A DNA stretch of 64,000 nucleotides from an uncultured Acidimicrobiia bacterium (GTDB taxonomy: Bacteria > Acidobacteriota > Terriglobia > Versatilivoradales > Versatilivoraceae), in the NCBI GenBank assembly GCA_963786955.1, contig CAWBAT010000005.1:864001-928000 (forward strand), read 5' to 3'. Position 1 is the first letter of the stretch, and each line of letters begins with the position of its first letter. A program made the position numbers and the translations under genes. The notes beneath the pieces were generated by a model. That model searched no databases and was not told the DNA's origin. It worked only from the letters and a program-made list of their open reading frames with translations. Below, piece after piece: positions 39,107-49,821 of this stretch.

Positions 39107-41434
39107 TCATCTGGTTACGCGTTGCGTTGTAAACGATCGTTTCTCGGGGTCACCCTCAACAAAAATGCTACCATCATCAATGAACAAAGTCAACCGAGCC
39201 CCAGCCGTGGAACCCCGCGCCGAATCTGCAATCCTGGGCGATCCGCCTTCAAGAATCACCTTCCTATCCGAGGGGAAATATTCCGCTGATTCCGACGATG
39301 AGTCCCTTCCCGGTTGATGAATCTTGACATCACCTTGTGCCCACATTCTTTGAACCGTTTTTTTCCCGTCCTCAGATATAAAATAAACATCCAGCTGTTT
39401 CGACCTCATCGTTCCCATCTCATCCCAAACCTGAACATTGCCCGTGTACGTTGCCTGCTGCTGTAAATCTTCATACTGGAAATGGTCGGCAGTGACCGAG
39501 ATCGGCTTCTTTTCTTTCCGGGACCTGCCTGATTCCCCGGAATCCTTCTCGGAGTAAAACGTACTCTTGACAGATTTATCGGCAAACATCTTTCTTTCCT
39601 TACGATACAACAGGATGGTATCAGCTCGAATCACCTGGTCCCCTTGCCAGAGTTTCGCCTTCTTTTGGTAAGAGGCGGTGCCATCTAAGGTCTGAACCTC
39701 TAGGTAGTCCGAGGACGCAAATACTGGTGAATGGGTTCGAAAAGGGCCCGTTTCACCCGTCGACTCTCGATTCTCATAGGTTGATCGGACATTGCCCCAG
39801 GCTTTCACCAGATTCTCAGTCTGAAAAAATTCGACCCGGTCCGCCGTTGTCCTCAGCTTGGAGTCTTTAATCTGGGGCTCCCCCTCCATGACGAGCCTTT
39901 TCTCTGCGGCATAATAGGTGGCCTTAGAGGAGGTCGCAATCCGATCCAACTCTACATATTTGAAGTGACCCTTCTGGTTAAGCTGCGACATCTGCCTCGT
40001 TTCTTTATCAAATAAGGCTTCGAGCGTGTCGCTGGTTGTTACTTTAACCGGAGCTGCCGACGGAAACACTTCCACTCTTACTTGACGTTCTGCATAGAAT
40101 TTCTCCGGACGATTTGTGTTCGGGTCAAAGGTCAAGGTGAACAGCTTTGCCGTGAGGACTCGCTTTTCATCATTCCCTTCTAAAGGGAATTCCTCCAATA
40201 CACTTGCCCCGTGGGTCTTAATCACCGAAAACTCTTTCCCGTTTTCCCTGAGATAGGCCACCATTTCGGGGGACGTCAACCGTTTATCACCTGGCTCACA
40301 GCAATGGAGTGGCTCCACTGGCGAGCCTGGAGCGGCAGGCATAGCGGGAGTCGTCCGCGTGGCCTGCGTCGTATCACGAATGGTGAGGACAACATTCCCG
40401 TTGGCTTGCACGGTATGGATGATATTCGTTTTGGAATTAAATGCGATTTCAGAGCGATCGGAAGTCAGCAAACGTTTGAGGTCTGGGTCAAGTGAACGGA
40501 TCATTACCGCCCCCTGCAAGAAGATTCTATCCAGCCATCGCCCGGTTGTATCAAATACGTAGGTCCCGTGATCGGAAGAGGATTGAAGTAATACTTTCGG
40601 ATCCAGTGAGGTTGTGTTGACATGTCCGCTGGCCTCAATCCTGCTGACCGATGAATCCTCCGGTCGCAAGAAGGTCTCTATAAGATCTGCATGGAGCAAA
40701 TTCGGCCCTCGTTTCACAATCACTTTTGAACGAAGGATCAGCTGACTGGAGGTTTTTTCATAGTCGGCTTGATCGGATTGGATCTCGATGGGCGCCTCGC
40801 CTGGCTTAACCGGCTCGACGAAGATTACGACGCCTGCCTTGAGCCGCAGCGATTGACGGTTCGAATCATAAGAAAGCCCCCGGCTTTTCCCGTGGATTTT
40901 GCCCCGTGCAAAAACGAGGTCTTCTTCGGTTTCTATCAAACCGTTTGATTTAAGGTACTTGATCTTCTCAACCTGGATAGTGGTTAGTTTCTCTTCTGGA
41001 GGGGGTGCCGTCTTACGCTCGGTTGATTTTGTGACTAATTCACTGACCTTGATGACGACGTTGCCTAGAAACGTTATTTCTTCCTTCGTTTGATCGTATT
41101 CACAATGTCGACTCGTGACCGTGTCAAAAAAAAGTCCGTCTTTCCCAAAGATTTTGACCGTCACCTCTTCAAAGAAGTTTTTATTGTCCTTGAGCCCAAG
41201 ATTTACTCTGGCGTTAATTTCAAACTTCGGTTTTCCTTGTTCCGTCTGGACGTAAGTGAAGCCTTCGGTGGATGCTGAGACATTTTCGGGGAGCAATTTT
41301 CTCCCTTTTCCCTCCGGCCCTTGAATGGAGAAGGATCGCTTGTAAACGCTGACCCCGACAGCTCCCAAGACAGCAATCAGAATCAAGGCTGGGATGATTC
41401 GTCCTAATTTGATGAAAGGGGTTTCCAAGGCCAT
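39107..41434 (-). CDS. lptC: LptC/LptA(OstA)-repeat LPS transport protein (long fusion)
   Basis: N-terminal TM then repeated beta-jellyroll motifs (A.G.V, ITFLGNV, YTGNV); immediately upstream of lptB. Confidence 0.78.
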   Translation of the reverse strand: MALETPFIKLGRIIPALILIAVLGAVGVSVYKRSFSIQGPEGKGRKLLPENVSASTEGFTYVQTEQGKPKFEINARVNLGLKDNKNFFEEVTVKIFGKDGLFFDTVTSRHCEYDQTKEEITFLGNVVIKVSELVTKSTERKTAPPPEEKLTTIQVEKIKYLKSNGLIETEEDLVFARGKIHGKSRGLSYDSNRQSLRLKAGVVIFVEPVKPGEAPIEIQSDQADYEKTSSQLILRSKVIVKRGPNLLHADLIETFLRPEDSSVSRIEASGHVNTTSLDPKVLLQSSSDHGTYVFDTTGRWLDRIFLQGAVMIRSLDPDLKRLLTSDRSEIAFNSKTNIIHTVQANGNVVLTIRDTTQATRTTPAMPAAPGSPVEPLHCCEPGDKRLTSPEMVAYLRENGKEFSVIKTHGASVLEEFPLEGNDEKRVLTAKLFTLTFDPNTNRPEKFYAERQVRVEVFPSAAPVKVTTSDTLEALFDKETRQMSQLNQKGHFKYVELDRIATSSKATYYAAEKRLVMEGEPQIKDSKLRTTADRVEFFQTENLVKAWGNVRSTYENRESTGETGPFRTHSPVFASSDYLEVQTLDGTASYQKKAKLWQGDQVIRADTILLYRKERKMFADKSVKSTFYSEKDSGESGRSRKEKKPISVTADHFQYEDLQQQATYTGNVQVWDEMGTMRSKQLDVYFISEDGKKTVQRMWAQGDVKIHQPGRDSSSESAEYFPSDRKVILEGGSPRIADSARGSTAGARLTLFIDDGSIFVEGDPEKRSFTTQRVTR

Positions 41435-41440
41435 TTGCCC

Positions 41441-43131
41441 TCACTGGGCATGAATGTCTTTAAGGTTCAACTGGAGTGCCGTCATGCCCTGGTACGCATT
41501 AGAGGTGAGTGCGAACGCAAGAGAAACTCTACTCTTGTTCTGCAAGATCTGCGGATGACTCTCTGCGAAGTTCCAGCCTACGGCATCAAAGGACTTTCCA
41601 TCCTGTTCGACTCGAAATTTGAGGTGTTTCCCTTTCAAAACTCTTGGTTCTGCGATCACGGTGATGTCTCGAGCAGCCAAGATTGGCTGAGGGTTGGCGG
41701 TTCCGAAGGGTGAAAGGCATTCCATCTGCCGATAGATTTCATCGTCCAGATCTGAAAAGCGTAATTCCACATCAACGTCTAGCCGCGGCTGCAAATTCTT
41801 CTCATCGAGTACCTGCCTGGCGTATGCAGAAAGACGCTGACGCAGTTCGACGATGTGGTGCGTGGGTAACTGAAATCCTGCGGCTTGAGCATGTCCTCCA
41901 TACCGATCAAACAATTCGCGACAACTCTCTAACGCATTCAACAAATGAAATCCTTTGGGCGAACGCCCCGACCCATAACCCACGCCATTTTCCCGCGCAA
42001 TGACGATAGCAGGACGAGTATACCGTTCAGAAATCTTCGTGGCGACGATTCCAAGGACCCCCCGGTGCCAGGAGTCACCATCGATCACGATCATCCATTC
42101 CTTCGTCAGGTCCGGGGTTGCGTTGAACCGGTCATCAACCTCTTTGAGAATCTGTAATTCAATTTGTTGCCGGTCCCGATTGAGCCGATCCATTTCTCCG
42201 GCTAAATGCCTACTTCGTTCGGCATCCGTGCTGGAGAAAAGTTCAACGACCTGCCCCCCCCTCCCATCCGCCCAACGGCGTTAATGCGAGGGGCCAAACG
42301 ATATCCCACATCAAAACTCGTGATTGAGCGACAATCCAATCCGCAGACTTTAATCAAAGATTTCAATCCAAAATTCACCGGCGACCGCAATCCTTCTAAT
42401 CCGATCTTGGCAAAGACCCGATTCTCGCCAACCAAGGGAACCACATCAGCGATGGTTCCGAGAGCGACGATTTTTAGGAATGAGAGGAGATGCCTATCCA
42501 AGCCAGCCTTCATGAACAAGGCTTGCACAAGCTTAAACGCCACACCGACGCCGCAGAGGTTCTTGTCGGGATACCCGCAATCAACCCGATTGGGATTAAG
42601 AACCGCCAGGGCTCTGGGTAATCCATGATCCGGAAGATGATGGTCCGTAATGATACAGTCGATCCCAAGGGCATTGGCAGTCTCCACGACTTCAAAGGCT
42701 TTGATCCCGGTATCCACACTAATAATGAGTCGAACCCCATCGAGCGCAGCTTGTCTGACAACTTGCGAATTCATCCCGTAGCCATCCAGGAATCGTCGTG
42801 GAATGTGGTAGGAAATCTCCGCACCCAGCATTTCCAACGCTTTTCTTAATATGACCACGGCTGTCGTCCCATCGACGTCATAATCGCCATAGATGAGAAT
42901 TTTCTCTTTTGCTTCCTTTCCAGCGAAAATACGGTCCACCGCCACCGACATATCCCGCATCAAAAAAGGATCTCCAAGGAACTCCATCTTAGGGTGGAGA
43001 AAGCGGAATCCCTCTTCCGAATCCCTAATTCCCCGGTTGGCCAGGAGGGTCGCAATCGTTCCTGAAATATCAAGAGAGCGAGCCAGGTCCCTCACTAGTG
43101 CCGGGTCTGGCTTGGCGATTATCCAGTCCAT
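41441..43131 (-). CDS. recJ: ssDNA exonuclease RecJ; frameshift in C8 run 42254-42261
   Basis: YGDYDVDG, ITDHH, GTIADVVPL, PRINAVGR then HRGVLGIVA, GSGRS, GGHAQAAG. Confidence 0.93.
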
Positions 43132-43385
43132 AGGTCTATTATTCCGCTCTCGTTCTCAAGAAATCCCGTCCAATCTTCTAATCTATAACCATGGAACCTC
43201 TCTATTCAACTGCAAATCAGTAAGTTTAACGTTTACTTAGCCGATACACTAAGTGTAAATGGGATGAATTCCTCCGTAGCGAGTCGATGAGGCAGTACAA
43301 TAGGGGTGGAAATCTTCGTCCCGAAATCTCCAATTGAATGATGACTATGTACTTGAAAGATAATTTTGATTAATATCTGCAGAAA

Positions 43386-44423
43386 ATGATAACGCAAGAT
43401 CAGATCAAGGAATTAGAAAAGAAAATAGAGGAGCTCTCTATTTTCCAGCAGGTCGGCAAAGCTTTGACCTCGACTCTTGACCTGCAAGAAGTCCTCAGTT
43501 TAATCATGGGGAAAATCAGCGAATTGCTGAAACCGAGTAATTGGTCTTTGCTGTTGATCGATGACAAGAAGAAAGAACTTCAACTCCAGATTGCTATTGG
43601 TAAGGATTCCAGTAAAATTACGGATTTTCGGATCCGAATTGGGGAAGGACTCACTGGATGGGTCGCACAGGTCGGTGAGTCTGTCATCGTTCCAGATGTA
43701 ACCCAAGATCCGCGATTTTCTCCCGAAATCGATGGGGCGATATACAGCAATGTGCGGTCCATTGCCTGCGTTCCGCTCAAAAGCAAGGAAAGAACCTTGG
43801 GCGTCATTCAACTAGTCAATTGCTTTGAAGACACTTTCCCCAACGAAGATCTTTCGATACTAAAATCGCTGGCGGATTATGCGGCCATCGCCATCGAAAA
43901 TGCCATGTACGTGAAGCGTATTCAGGAACTCACGATTACGGACGACTGTACAAATCTTTATAACTCACGTTATTTTAATTACATGATTGATGCGGAACTG
44001 AGCCGCTCGAAGCGCTATAATTATGAGTTTGCGGTGGTTTTTTTTGACCTGGATCGTTTTAAGGCAGTCAACGACACTTATGGACACTTATGCGGAAGTC
44101 GCTTGTTAAGGGAAATTGGCGATCTGGCTAAACAGAATCTTAGAGACATTGATACGGCCTATCGGTACGGGGGTGACGAATTCATCATACTCTTGCCGCA
44201 GACCTCGAAGGATGCCGCGATACTCGTGGCAAAACGCCTCTGCGCTCTCCTGAACCGCACGTCCTTTCAAATTGAAGCAAGTATATCGGTGACGGTAACG
44301 GCGAGCTTTGGGGTGGCTTCATTCCCCATGGATGCCGCGTCGAAGGTTGAACTCGTGCAACTTGCCGATCAGGCGATGTATCGAGTAAAAAATGCCACCC
44401 GCAACGGCGTGGAAGCCTCGTAG
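43386..44423 (+). CDS. GAF-GGDEF diguanylate cyclase
   Basis: GAF domain; DLDRFK.VND.YGH, RDID I-site, RYGGDEF. Confidence 0.92.
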   Translation: MITQDQIKELEKKIEELSIFQQVGKALTSTLDLQEVLSLIMGKISELLKPSNWSLLLIDDKKKELQLQIAIGKDSSKITDFRIRIGEGLTGWVAQVGESVIVPDVTQDPRFSPEIDGAIYSNVRSIACVPLKSKERTLGVIQLVNCFEDTFPNEDLSILKSLADYAAIAIENAMYVKRIQELTITDDCTNLYNSRYFNYMIDAELSRSKRYNYEFAVVFFDLDRFKAVNDTYGHLCGSRLLREIGDLAKQNLRDIDTAYRYGGDEFIILLPQTSKDAAILVAKRLCALLNRTSFQIEASISVTVTASFGVASFPMDAASKVELVQLADQAMYRVKNATRNGVEAS

Positions 44424-44500
44424 GACTCCAGCCAACTGCCAATTCTTGTGCTCAGCCCATCCCGCTTTAGAGATTGTACTGACAGGCCCCGAGATCTCAA

Positions 44501-45406
44501 ATGAGCAACAGACACGCAAATTCTGAAAACTGTCACCACCAAGCCCAGCGCTCTTCCCTACAGATTGCACTCATCCTGACCGGGGTTTTCATGATCGTGG
44601 AGTTTCTGGGGGGACTGCTGACCAATAGTTTGGCACTTCTGGCGGATGCGGGTCATATGCTTACCGATGTCGCCGCCTTGGGTCTGAGCCTCTTTGCGCT
44701 GGAATTTTCAAAACGGCCGGCTACAGCAGCCAAGACCTACGGTTTTCACCGGGTCGAGATTCTTGCGGCCCTGTTAAATGGCGTTACTCTCCTCGTGATC
44801 TCTTTGTGGATCGTTTACAAGGCCTACTTCCGCCTCTTCAACCCTCCCGAAATCGATAGTGGGGTGATGTTAATTGTAGCGGTAACCGGCTTAGCCGTGA
44901 ATTTGGCGAGTGCCCATTTCCTTCACCAATCTCAGACCTCAAACTTAAACATCAGTGGAGCGCTTTTCCATGTGCTGGGAGACGCTTTAGGATCGGTCGC
45001 AGCCATCATTGCGGGTGTGTTGATGCTGGCAAAACATTGGTATCTTGCGGACCCCGTCATCAGCATTCTAGTGGCGATTCTCATCCTTTATAGTTCTTGG
45101 CTGCTCTTGCGGGATTCTGTCGATATCCTGCTCGAAGGAACACCGGTCCATATCAACTTAAAAGAAATCCATGAATCTCTCTGTAACGTAGACGGTGTCG
45201 ACTCCATTCACGATCTGCATGTTTGGACCTTGACGTCAGGGTTACATGCCATGAGCTGCCATGCAGTCCTATGTGGGCATCCAGATCATCATGAAGTCTT
45301 AGAGAAACTCAGCCAAATCGTCCGACATCAATTTAAAATCGAACACACCACGATTCAGCTGGAAGTGGTAAACCTTCAACATCAGGAGCTACACAATTGT
45401 CACTGA
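44501..45406 (+). CDS. CDF metal efflux transporter (CzcD/ZitB-like)
   Basis: SLALLADAGHMLTD, HVLGD, HDLHVW, HTTIQ. Confidence 0.92.
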   Translation: MSNRHANSENCHHQAQRSSLQIALILTGVFMIVEFLGGLLTNSLALLADAGHMLTDVAALGLSLFALEFSKRPATAAKTYGFHRVEILAALLNGVTLLVISLWIVYKAYFRLFNPPEIDSGVMLIVAVTGLAVNLASAHFLHQSQTSNLNISGALFHVLGDALGSVAAIIAGVLMLAKHWYLADPVISILVAILILYSSWLLLRDSVDILLEGTPVHINLKEIHESLCNVDGVDSIHDLHVWTLTSGLHAMSCHAVLCGHPDHHEVLEKLSQIVRHQFKIEHTTIQLEVVNLQHQELHNCH

Positions 45407-45506
45407 GATTGACGAGAATTGATTAAGTCTAACAATATCTGCATTTTGTGACGCAACGAAGCACCCCCTCCGTTTGATCTCCCACGCTAGGTCCTAAAGA
45501 TAATGG

Positions 45507-45536
45507 TTGACTCAAGTTGCCATTGGGTTTTATATT
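45507..45536 (+). promoter_or_regulatory. Sigma70-like promoter upstream of mutS2
   Basis: TTGACT-18 bp-TATATT. Confidence 0.45.
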
Positions 45537-45575
45537 AAGAGGTTTCCGAATTCTTCCGCCTGAACCCCGCCCGAG

Positions 45576-47978
45576 ATGAACTTAGCAGATCTGGAAATTC
45601 TTGATTACTCCGCTTTGAAACAGCATCTATGTCGGCTGGCGGACTCACCATGCGGGAGCCTGCAGATAGAGCGATTGCTACCCTTCGGCAGCCAACCAGA
45701 AATCGTTCGAGAATACGAGACTGTGCAGGAATACCTTCATCTGTTTGATAAAGGCTTGAGTTTCAATTTCAAAGGACTGACACGATCCGAAGCGATTTTC
45801 GAGAAGCTCCTGATAGAAGATCTGATCCTTTCTCCGGCGGAGATTCTTGAAATATTGAATCAGTTGAACCATATTCAATCGACAAGAAATTTACTTCATT
45901 CACTCGACCAGGAAACTCCCTGGCTCGCTGCCATTGGCAAAAACATGGCAGACTTGTCGGATCTGTTCAAGTTCTTACAAGGAAAGATCAGCGCAGAGGG
46001 TCAACTGGAAGACAACGCCAGCGCTGGACTGAAGAAGATTCGCAATGATTTGATCCGAGTTCGAAGTCGCCTTACTCGATCGCTCGAACAGTTGCTTAAG
46101 AGACTCCACTCAGAACGCACGATTCAGGATGATGTGATCACGATCCGAAATGAGCGTTTTGTCATCCCCGTCCGGGTTGAAAGTCGTAAGGAAATAGCTG
46201 GAGTCGTGCATGGCACGAGTTCCAGTGGGGCCACTCTTTTTCTGGAACCCTTAGAAACCCTCGACCTGAATAATGAGTTCGTAGGGCTGAGAGACCAGGA
46301 GCAGGAAGAGATCCGAAAGGTTCTCCATTATTTGACTCAATGCATTCGGCAAAGGCTGGAAGAACTTCGTTCGGCGGTTGAACAGCTTGGCTACTTGGAC
46401 TTCGTTGCGGCAAAGGGCCGGTTTGCCCGGCGATTCCAGGCGGTGATTCCGGAAATAAATGAAGAAGGCGTGCTGAGAATTGACAATGGACGACATCCGA
46501 TCTTAGAGATGACCTTAACGGGCACATCCAGCAGCGTTGTTCCCATTACTGTAAACTTGGACTCGAGTAAGCGGGTCCTGGTGATTAGTGGACCGAACAC
46601 GGGCGGGAAATCGGTCGCTCTCAAAACCGTTGGATTGCTCACTTTGATGGCGCTATCGGCAATCCCGGTTCCAGCAACCGCTGCAAACATATGCGTTTTT
46701 AAGCAGGTCTGCGCGGACATCGGCGACCGGCAGTCCATCTCGGAGAGCCTGAGCACTTTTTCATCGCATTTGCTCAACATTCGGGGGATCCTCGAGCAGG
46801 CTTGTGCCCCTGCACTAGTCCTTCTGGATGAGTTAGGAACAGGGACCGATCCCGCCGAGGGGTCCGCTCTGGGGGTTGCGATTGTCGAACGTCTTAGAGA
46901 AAATGGAATCACGACCATTGTCACCACTCACCACAATGGCCTCAAGATGTACGCCGCAATGACCTCTGGAGTCAGCAATGCCTGTATGGAGTTCGATCCA
47001 AAGACGTTGCGACCGACCTATCATTTGATTCAAGGAATTCCGGGAAACAGCAGTGGGATTGATATTGCGGACAATTTGGGATTGGACCCCTCTCTTGTCG
47101 CGCATGCCCGTAGACTCATCACAGATAAGGAAAGGCAGATCACTCTGTATTCGCAACATCTGATGGAGGAAATTAGCCGATCATCGAGAATCGGATTATC
47201 GCTCCAGAAAGAGCGCGAAAGTCTTGCGATTGCGAAGAAAATGCTTGAGGCCGAACACCGTCAGATCGAAGAGCAACAACGACGGGAACTCGAAATGATC
47301 AAAGAAAGTGCCCTCGCTCAATTTGAAAAAGAGACCCATAAACTCCTGGTCGATATCCAGGATAAGTACGTTGCTGTTCGAGCGCGACGAGAGCTTGAGA
47401 ACAAGGGTTCGAAAGTGCGAAGAAATCTAGAGAGCACATTAGAAACTTATCATGAACAAAAACCTACAGCCTCTGCAGCCCGCACCACGACTCTGCTGGC
47501 TGAAGCGTCGATGAGTTTTCAAGCTGGTGACAAAGTACGGGTGGCAAGATATGGCCAACCGGGCGTGGTTCTGGCTGCGGCTGGAAACGCCAAATGGGAA
47601 GTGGTGATCGGTAATTTCAAATGTTTGCTCGATCCATCGGAAATGGAAATTCTCGAATCATCCAGCAAAAGTTTAACAAAGCAACCAGTCGTTGACCCCC
47701 AGATACGGTTAAATCTTCAGAGTTCGGAGTTGTGCTCGAATGAGATTAATGTGATCGGCTGTTCAGTGGACGAAGCTATTCAGCGGGTAGACAAATTCTT
47801 GGACAACGCATTTTTGTCATCAATTCCGGAAGTCCGTCTTATCCATGGGGCCGGAATGGGAGTTCTTCGCCGGGCATTATCGGAATGGCTCCCGAAACAG
47901 GCCTATGTGAATGAGATTCACCCCGCCACCGCCAGCCAAGGGGGAACCGGCGTGACGATTGTCACCCTTAAAATTTGA
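45576..47978 (+). CDS. mutS2: MutS2 endonuclease
   Basis: SSSGATLFLEP, GPNTGGK, LSTFSSH, LDELGTGTDP.EG, Smr IHG.G.G. Confidence 0.95.
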   Translation: MNLADLEILDYSALKQHLCRLADSPCGSLQIERLLPFGSQPEIVREYETVQEYLHLFDKGLSFNFKGLTRSEAIFEKLLIEDLILSPAEILEILNQLNHIQSTRNLLHSLDQETPWLAAIGKNMADLSDLFKFLQGKISAEGQLEDNASAGLKKIRNDLIRVRSRLTRSLEQLLKRLHSERTIQDDVITIRNERFVIPVRVESRKEIAGVVHGTSSSGATLFLEPLETLDLNNEFVGLRDQEQEEIRKVLHYLTQCIRQRLEELRSAVEQLGYLDFVAAKGRFARRFQAVIPEINEEGVLRIDNGRHPILEMTLTGTSSSVVPITVNLDSSKRVLVISGPNTGGKSVALKTVGLLTLMALSAIPVPATAANICVFKQVCADIGDRQSISESLSTFSSHLLNIRGILEQACAPALVLLDELGTGTDPAEGSALGVAIVERLRENGITTIVTTHHNGLKMYAAMTSGVSNACMEFDPKTLRPTYHLIQGIPGNSSGIDIADNLGLDPSLVAHARRLITDKERQITLYSQHLMEEISRSSRIGLSLQKERESLAIAKKMLEAEHRQIEEQQRRELEMIKESALAQFEKETHKLLVDIQDKYVAVRARRELENKGSKVRRNLESTLETYHEQKPTASAARTTTLLAEASMSFQAGDKVRVARYGQPGVVLAAAGNAKWEVVIGNFKCLLDPSEMEILESSSKSLTKQPVVDPQIRLNLQSSELCSNEINVIGCSVDEAIQRVDKFLDNAFLSSIPEVRLIHGAGMGVLRRALSEWLPKQAYVNEIHPATASQGGTGVTIVTLKI

Positions 47979-49735
47979 GCCAAATGAATCCAAATAGCGA
48001 ATTCCTCGACCAAGTCAAGCGCGCTGCAGACATCGTGCAAGTCATCCAGGGATACGTCCGTTTGAAAAAATCAGGGGCAAACTTTCTGGGACTGTGTCCT
48101 TTCCATTCGGAAAAGACGCCTTCGTTTCATGTGCGACAAAATCCCCCCTACTATTATTGTTTTGGTTGTCAGGCCAAGGGTGACGTCATCAACTTCATCC
48201 AGGTCATAGAAAGGGCCACTTTCCCGGAAGCCCTCAGACTTCTGGCGGAGAAATTTGGGATCCCGATTCCCCAGCGAGAGTTTCCCGGGCAAATAGACGA
48301 GAGGGTCAAAGAGAAGAACCTCCTCCTCGAGATCCATGAAAAGGCAGCCAAACTTTTTCGCGAACAATTGCATCACGGGCAGGATGGCAAAAAGGCGCTG
48401 AACTATTTGGTTCAACGAGGGCTCCAGGAAAAGACGTTGAATCAGTTCCTTCTTGGCTATTCGTCCAGTACAGCAAACACGCTGTATCGTAAACTCGGTC
48501 CGCATTTTTCGAAGAAATCCCTCCTGGAGAGTGGTTTGATACAGGAAAGTGATTCCGACAACCGCTCTTTCGACAGGTTCCGGCGTCGAATCATTTTTCC
48601 CATCTGCAATGAATCGGGAAAAGTCATTGCGTTTGGCGGAAGGATATTAGGAGAAGGGCAACCTAAATATTTGAACTCTCCGGAAACCCCGATATATTCA
48701 AAGAGTAGAACCCTCTACGCAATGGATCAGGCTCGTGAGTCTATTCGGCGCAAAGGCTTTGCGGTTTTGGTAGAAGGATATATGGATTGCATTGCCTTGC
48801 ATCAAGGGGGGATACAGAACGGGATCGCCTCGTGTGGCACTAGCCTAACAGAACAACAGGCGAAACTACTGCTTCGATTCACCGACCGAATCGTTGTCAA
48901 TTTCGACCCCGATTTGGCGGGTGCCAATGCAGCGGTTCGCTCCTTGGGGATTTTGGTAGAGAATGGATTTAACATAAGAGTTTTAACGCTTCCAGGAGGA
49001 GATGACCCGGATTCCTTCATAAATACAAAGGGCGTTGAGAGCTATGTGAAGCTATTAGACGGGGCTCCCAACTATATGGACTATCTCATCAATAAGGCCC
49101 GAAGCGAGCATGACGTAAGTACGGTTGAAGGAAAAATTGCCGCTGTAAACCGAATTTTGCCGTTCGTCTCGCTGATTTCAAACCGTTTGGAGCGGGCGGA
49201 GCAGGCAAAACATGTGGCTGAAAGTTTTCAGGTAGAAGAATCGGTCATAAGGGAGGAACTAAAAAAGGGGATCAATTCAAGAAGTGCAAAATTCGAAATT
49301 AAGCCATCAAGACTTGGAACAGCTCCTTCCCCATCAGAGAAAAATCTGATAAAAGCCATTGTAAGCAATGAGAGGAATGCAGGGGATATTATTCGGGAGC
49401 TTTCTGCTACTCAAAATCATATCGGCCTTCAGTCTGAAGGCATCTTTAGGGAGGCAATTGCACTCTTTAGTGAAGAGGGGAAGATTGATCCGAACCGTCT
49501 TCAAGAGCGTCTACTCAGCGAGCGGGACAGGAATATACTTAATCAAGCCCTTTTTAATGATTTAGATACAGACCAATCTCTCGAGTCTTTAGAGGGAATT
49601 CGGCGCCAACAAATGCGTCAACAGATTGACGAACTTCAGATGAAGATAAGGCAGGCCGAACTTTCCCAGAATTTCGATTTGTTGACGAAATTACACACCG
49701 AGAAATTGGCTCTCAAACGGCAGATTGCAAGCTGA
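47975..49735 (+). CDS. dnaG: DNA primase
   Basis: CPFHSEKTPSF..CFGC, FGGR, KYLNSPET, VEGYMD, FDPD.AG. Confidence 0.96.
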   Translation: MSQMNPNSEFLDQVKRAADIVQVIQGYVRLKKSGANFLGLCPFHSEKTPSFHVRQNPPYYYCFGCQAKGDVINFIQVIERATFPEALRLLAEKFGIPIPQREFPGQIDERVKEKNLLLEIHEKAAKLFREQLHHGQDGKKALNYLVQRGLQEKTLNQFLLGYSSSTANTLYRKLGPHFSKKSLLESGLIQESDSDNRSFDRFRRRIIFPICNESGKVIAFGGRILGEGQPKYLNSPETPIYSKSRTLYAMDQARESIRRKGFAVLVEGYMDCIALHQGGIQNGIASCGTSLTEQQAKLLLRFTDRIVVNFDPDLAGANAAVRSLGILVENGFNIRVLTLPGGDDPDSFINTKGVESYVKLLDGAPNYMDYLINKARSEHDVSTVEGKIAAVNRILPFVSLISNRLERAEQAKHVAESFQVEESVIREELKKGINSRSAKFEIKPSRLGTAPSPSEKNLIKAIVSNERNAGDIIRELSATQNHIGLQSEGIFREAIALFSEEGKIDPNRLQERLLSERDRNILNQALFNDLDTDQSLESLEGIRRQQMRQQIDELQMKIRQAELSQNFDLLTKLHTEKLALKRQIAS

Positions 49736-49821
49736 TCTTTTTTCGGCCATTCGAAAGAGCTTGCGCAGCCTCAAAATTAATTTAAGTTTCTTATTTCTAA
49801 CAAGATAAAGAAGGATAAATC

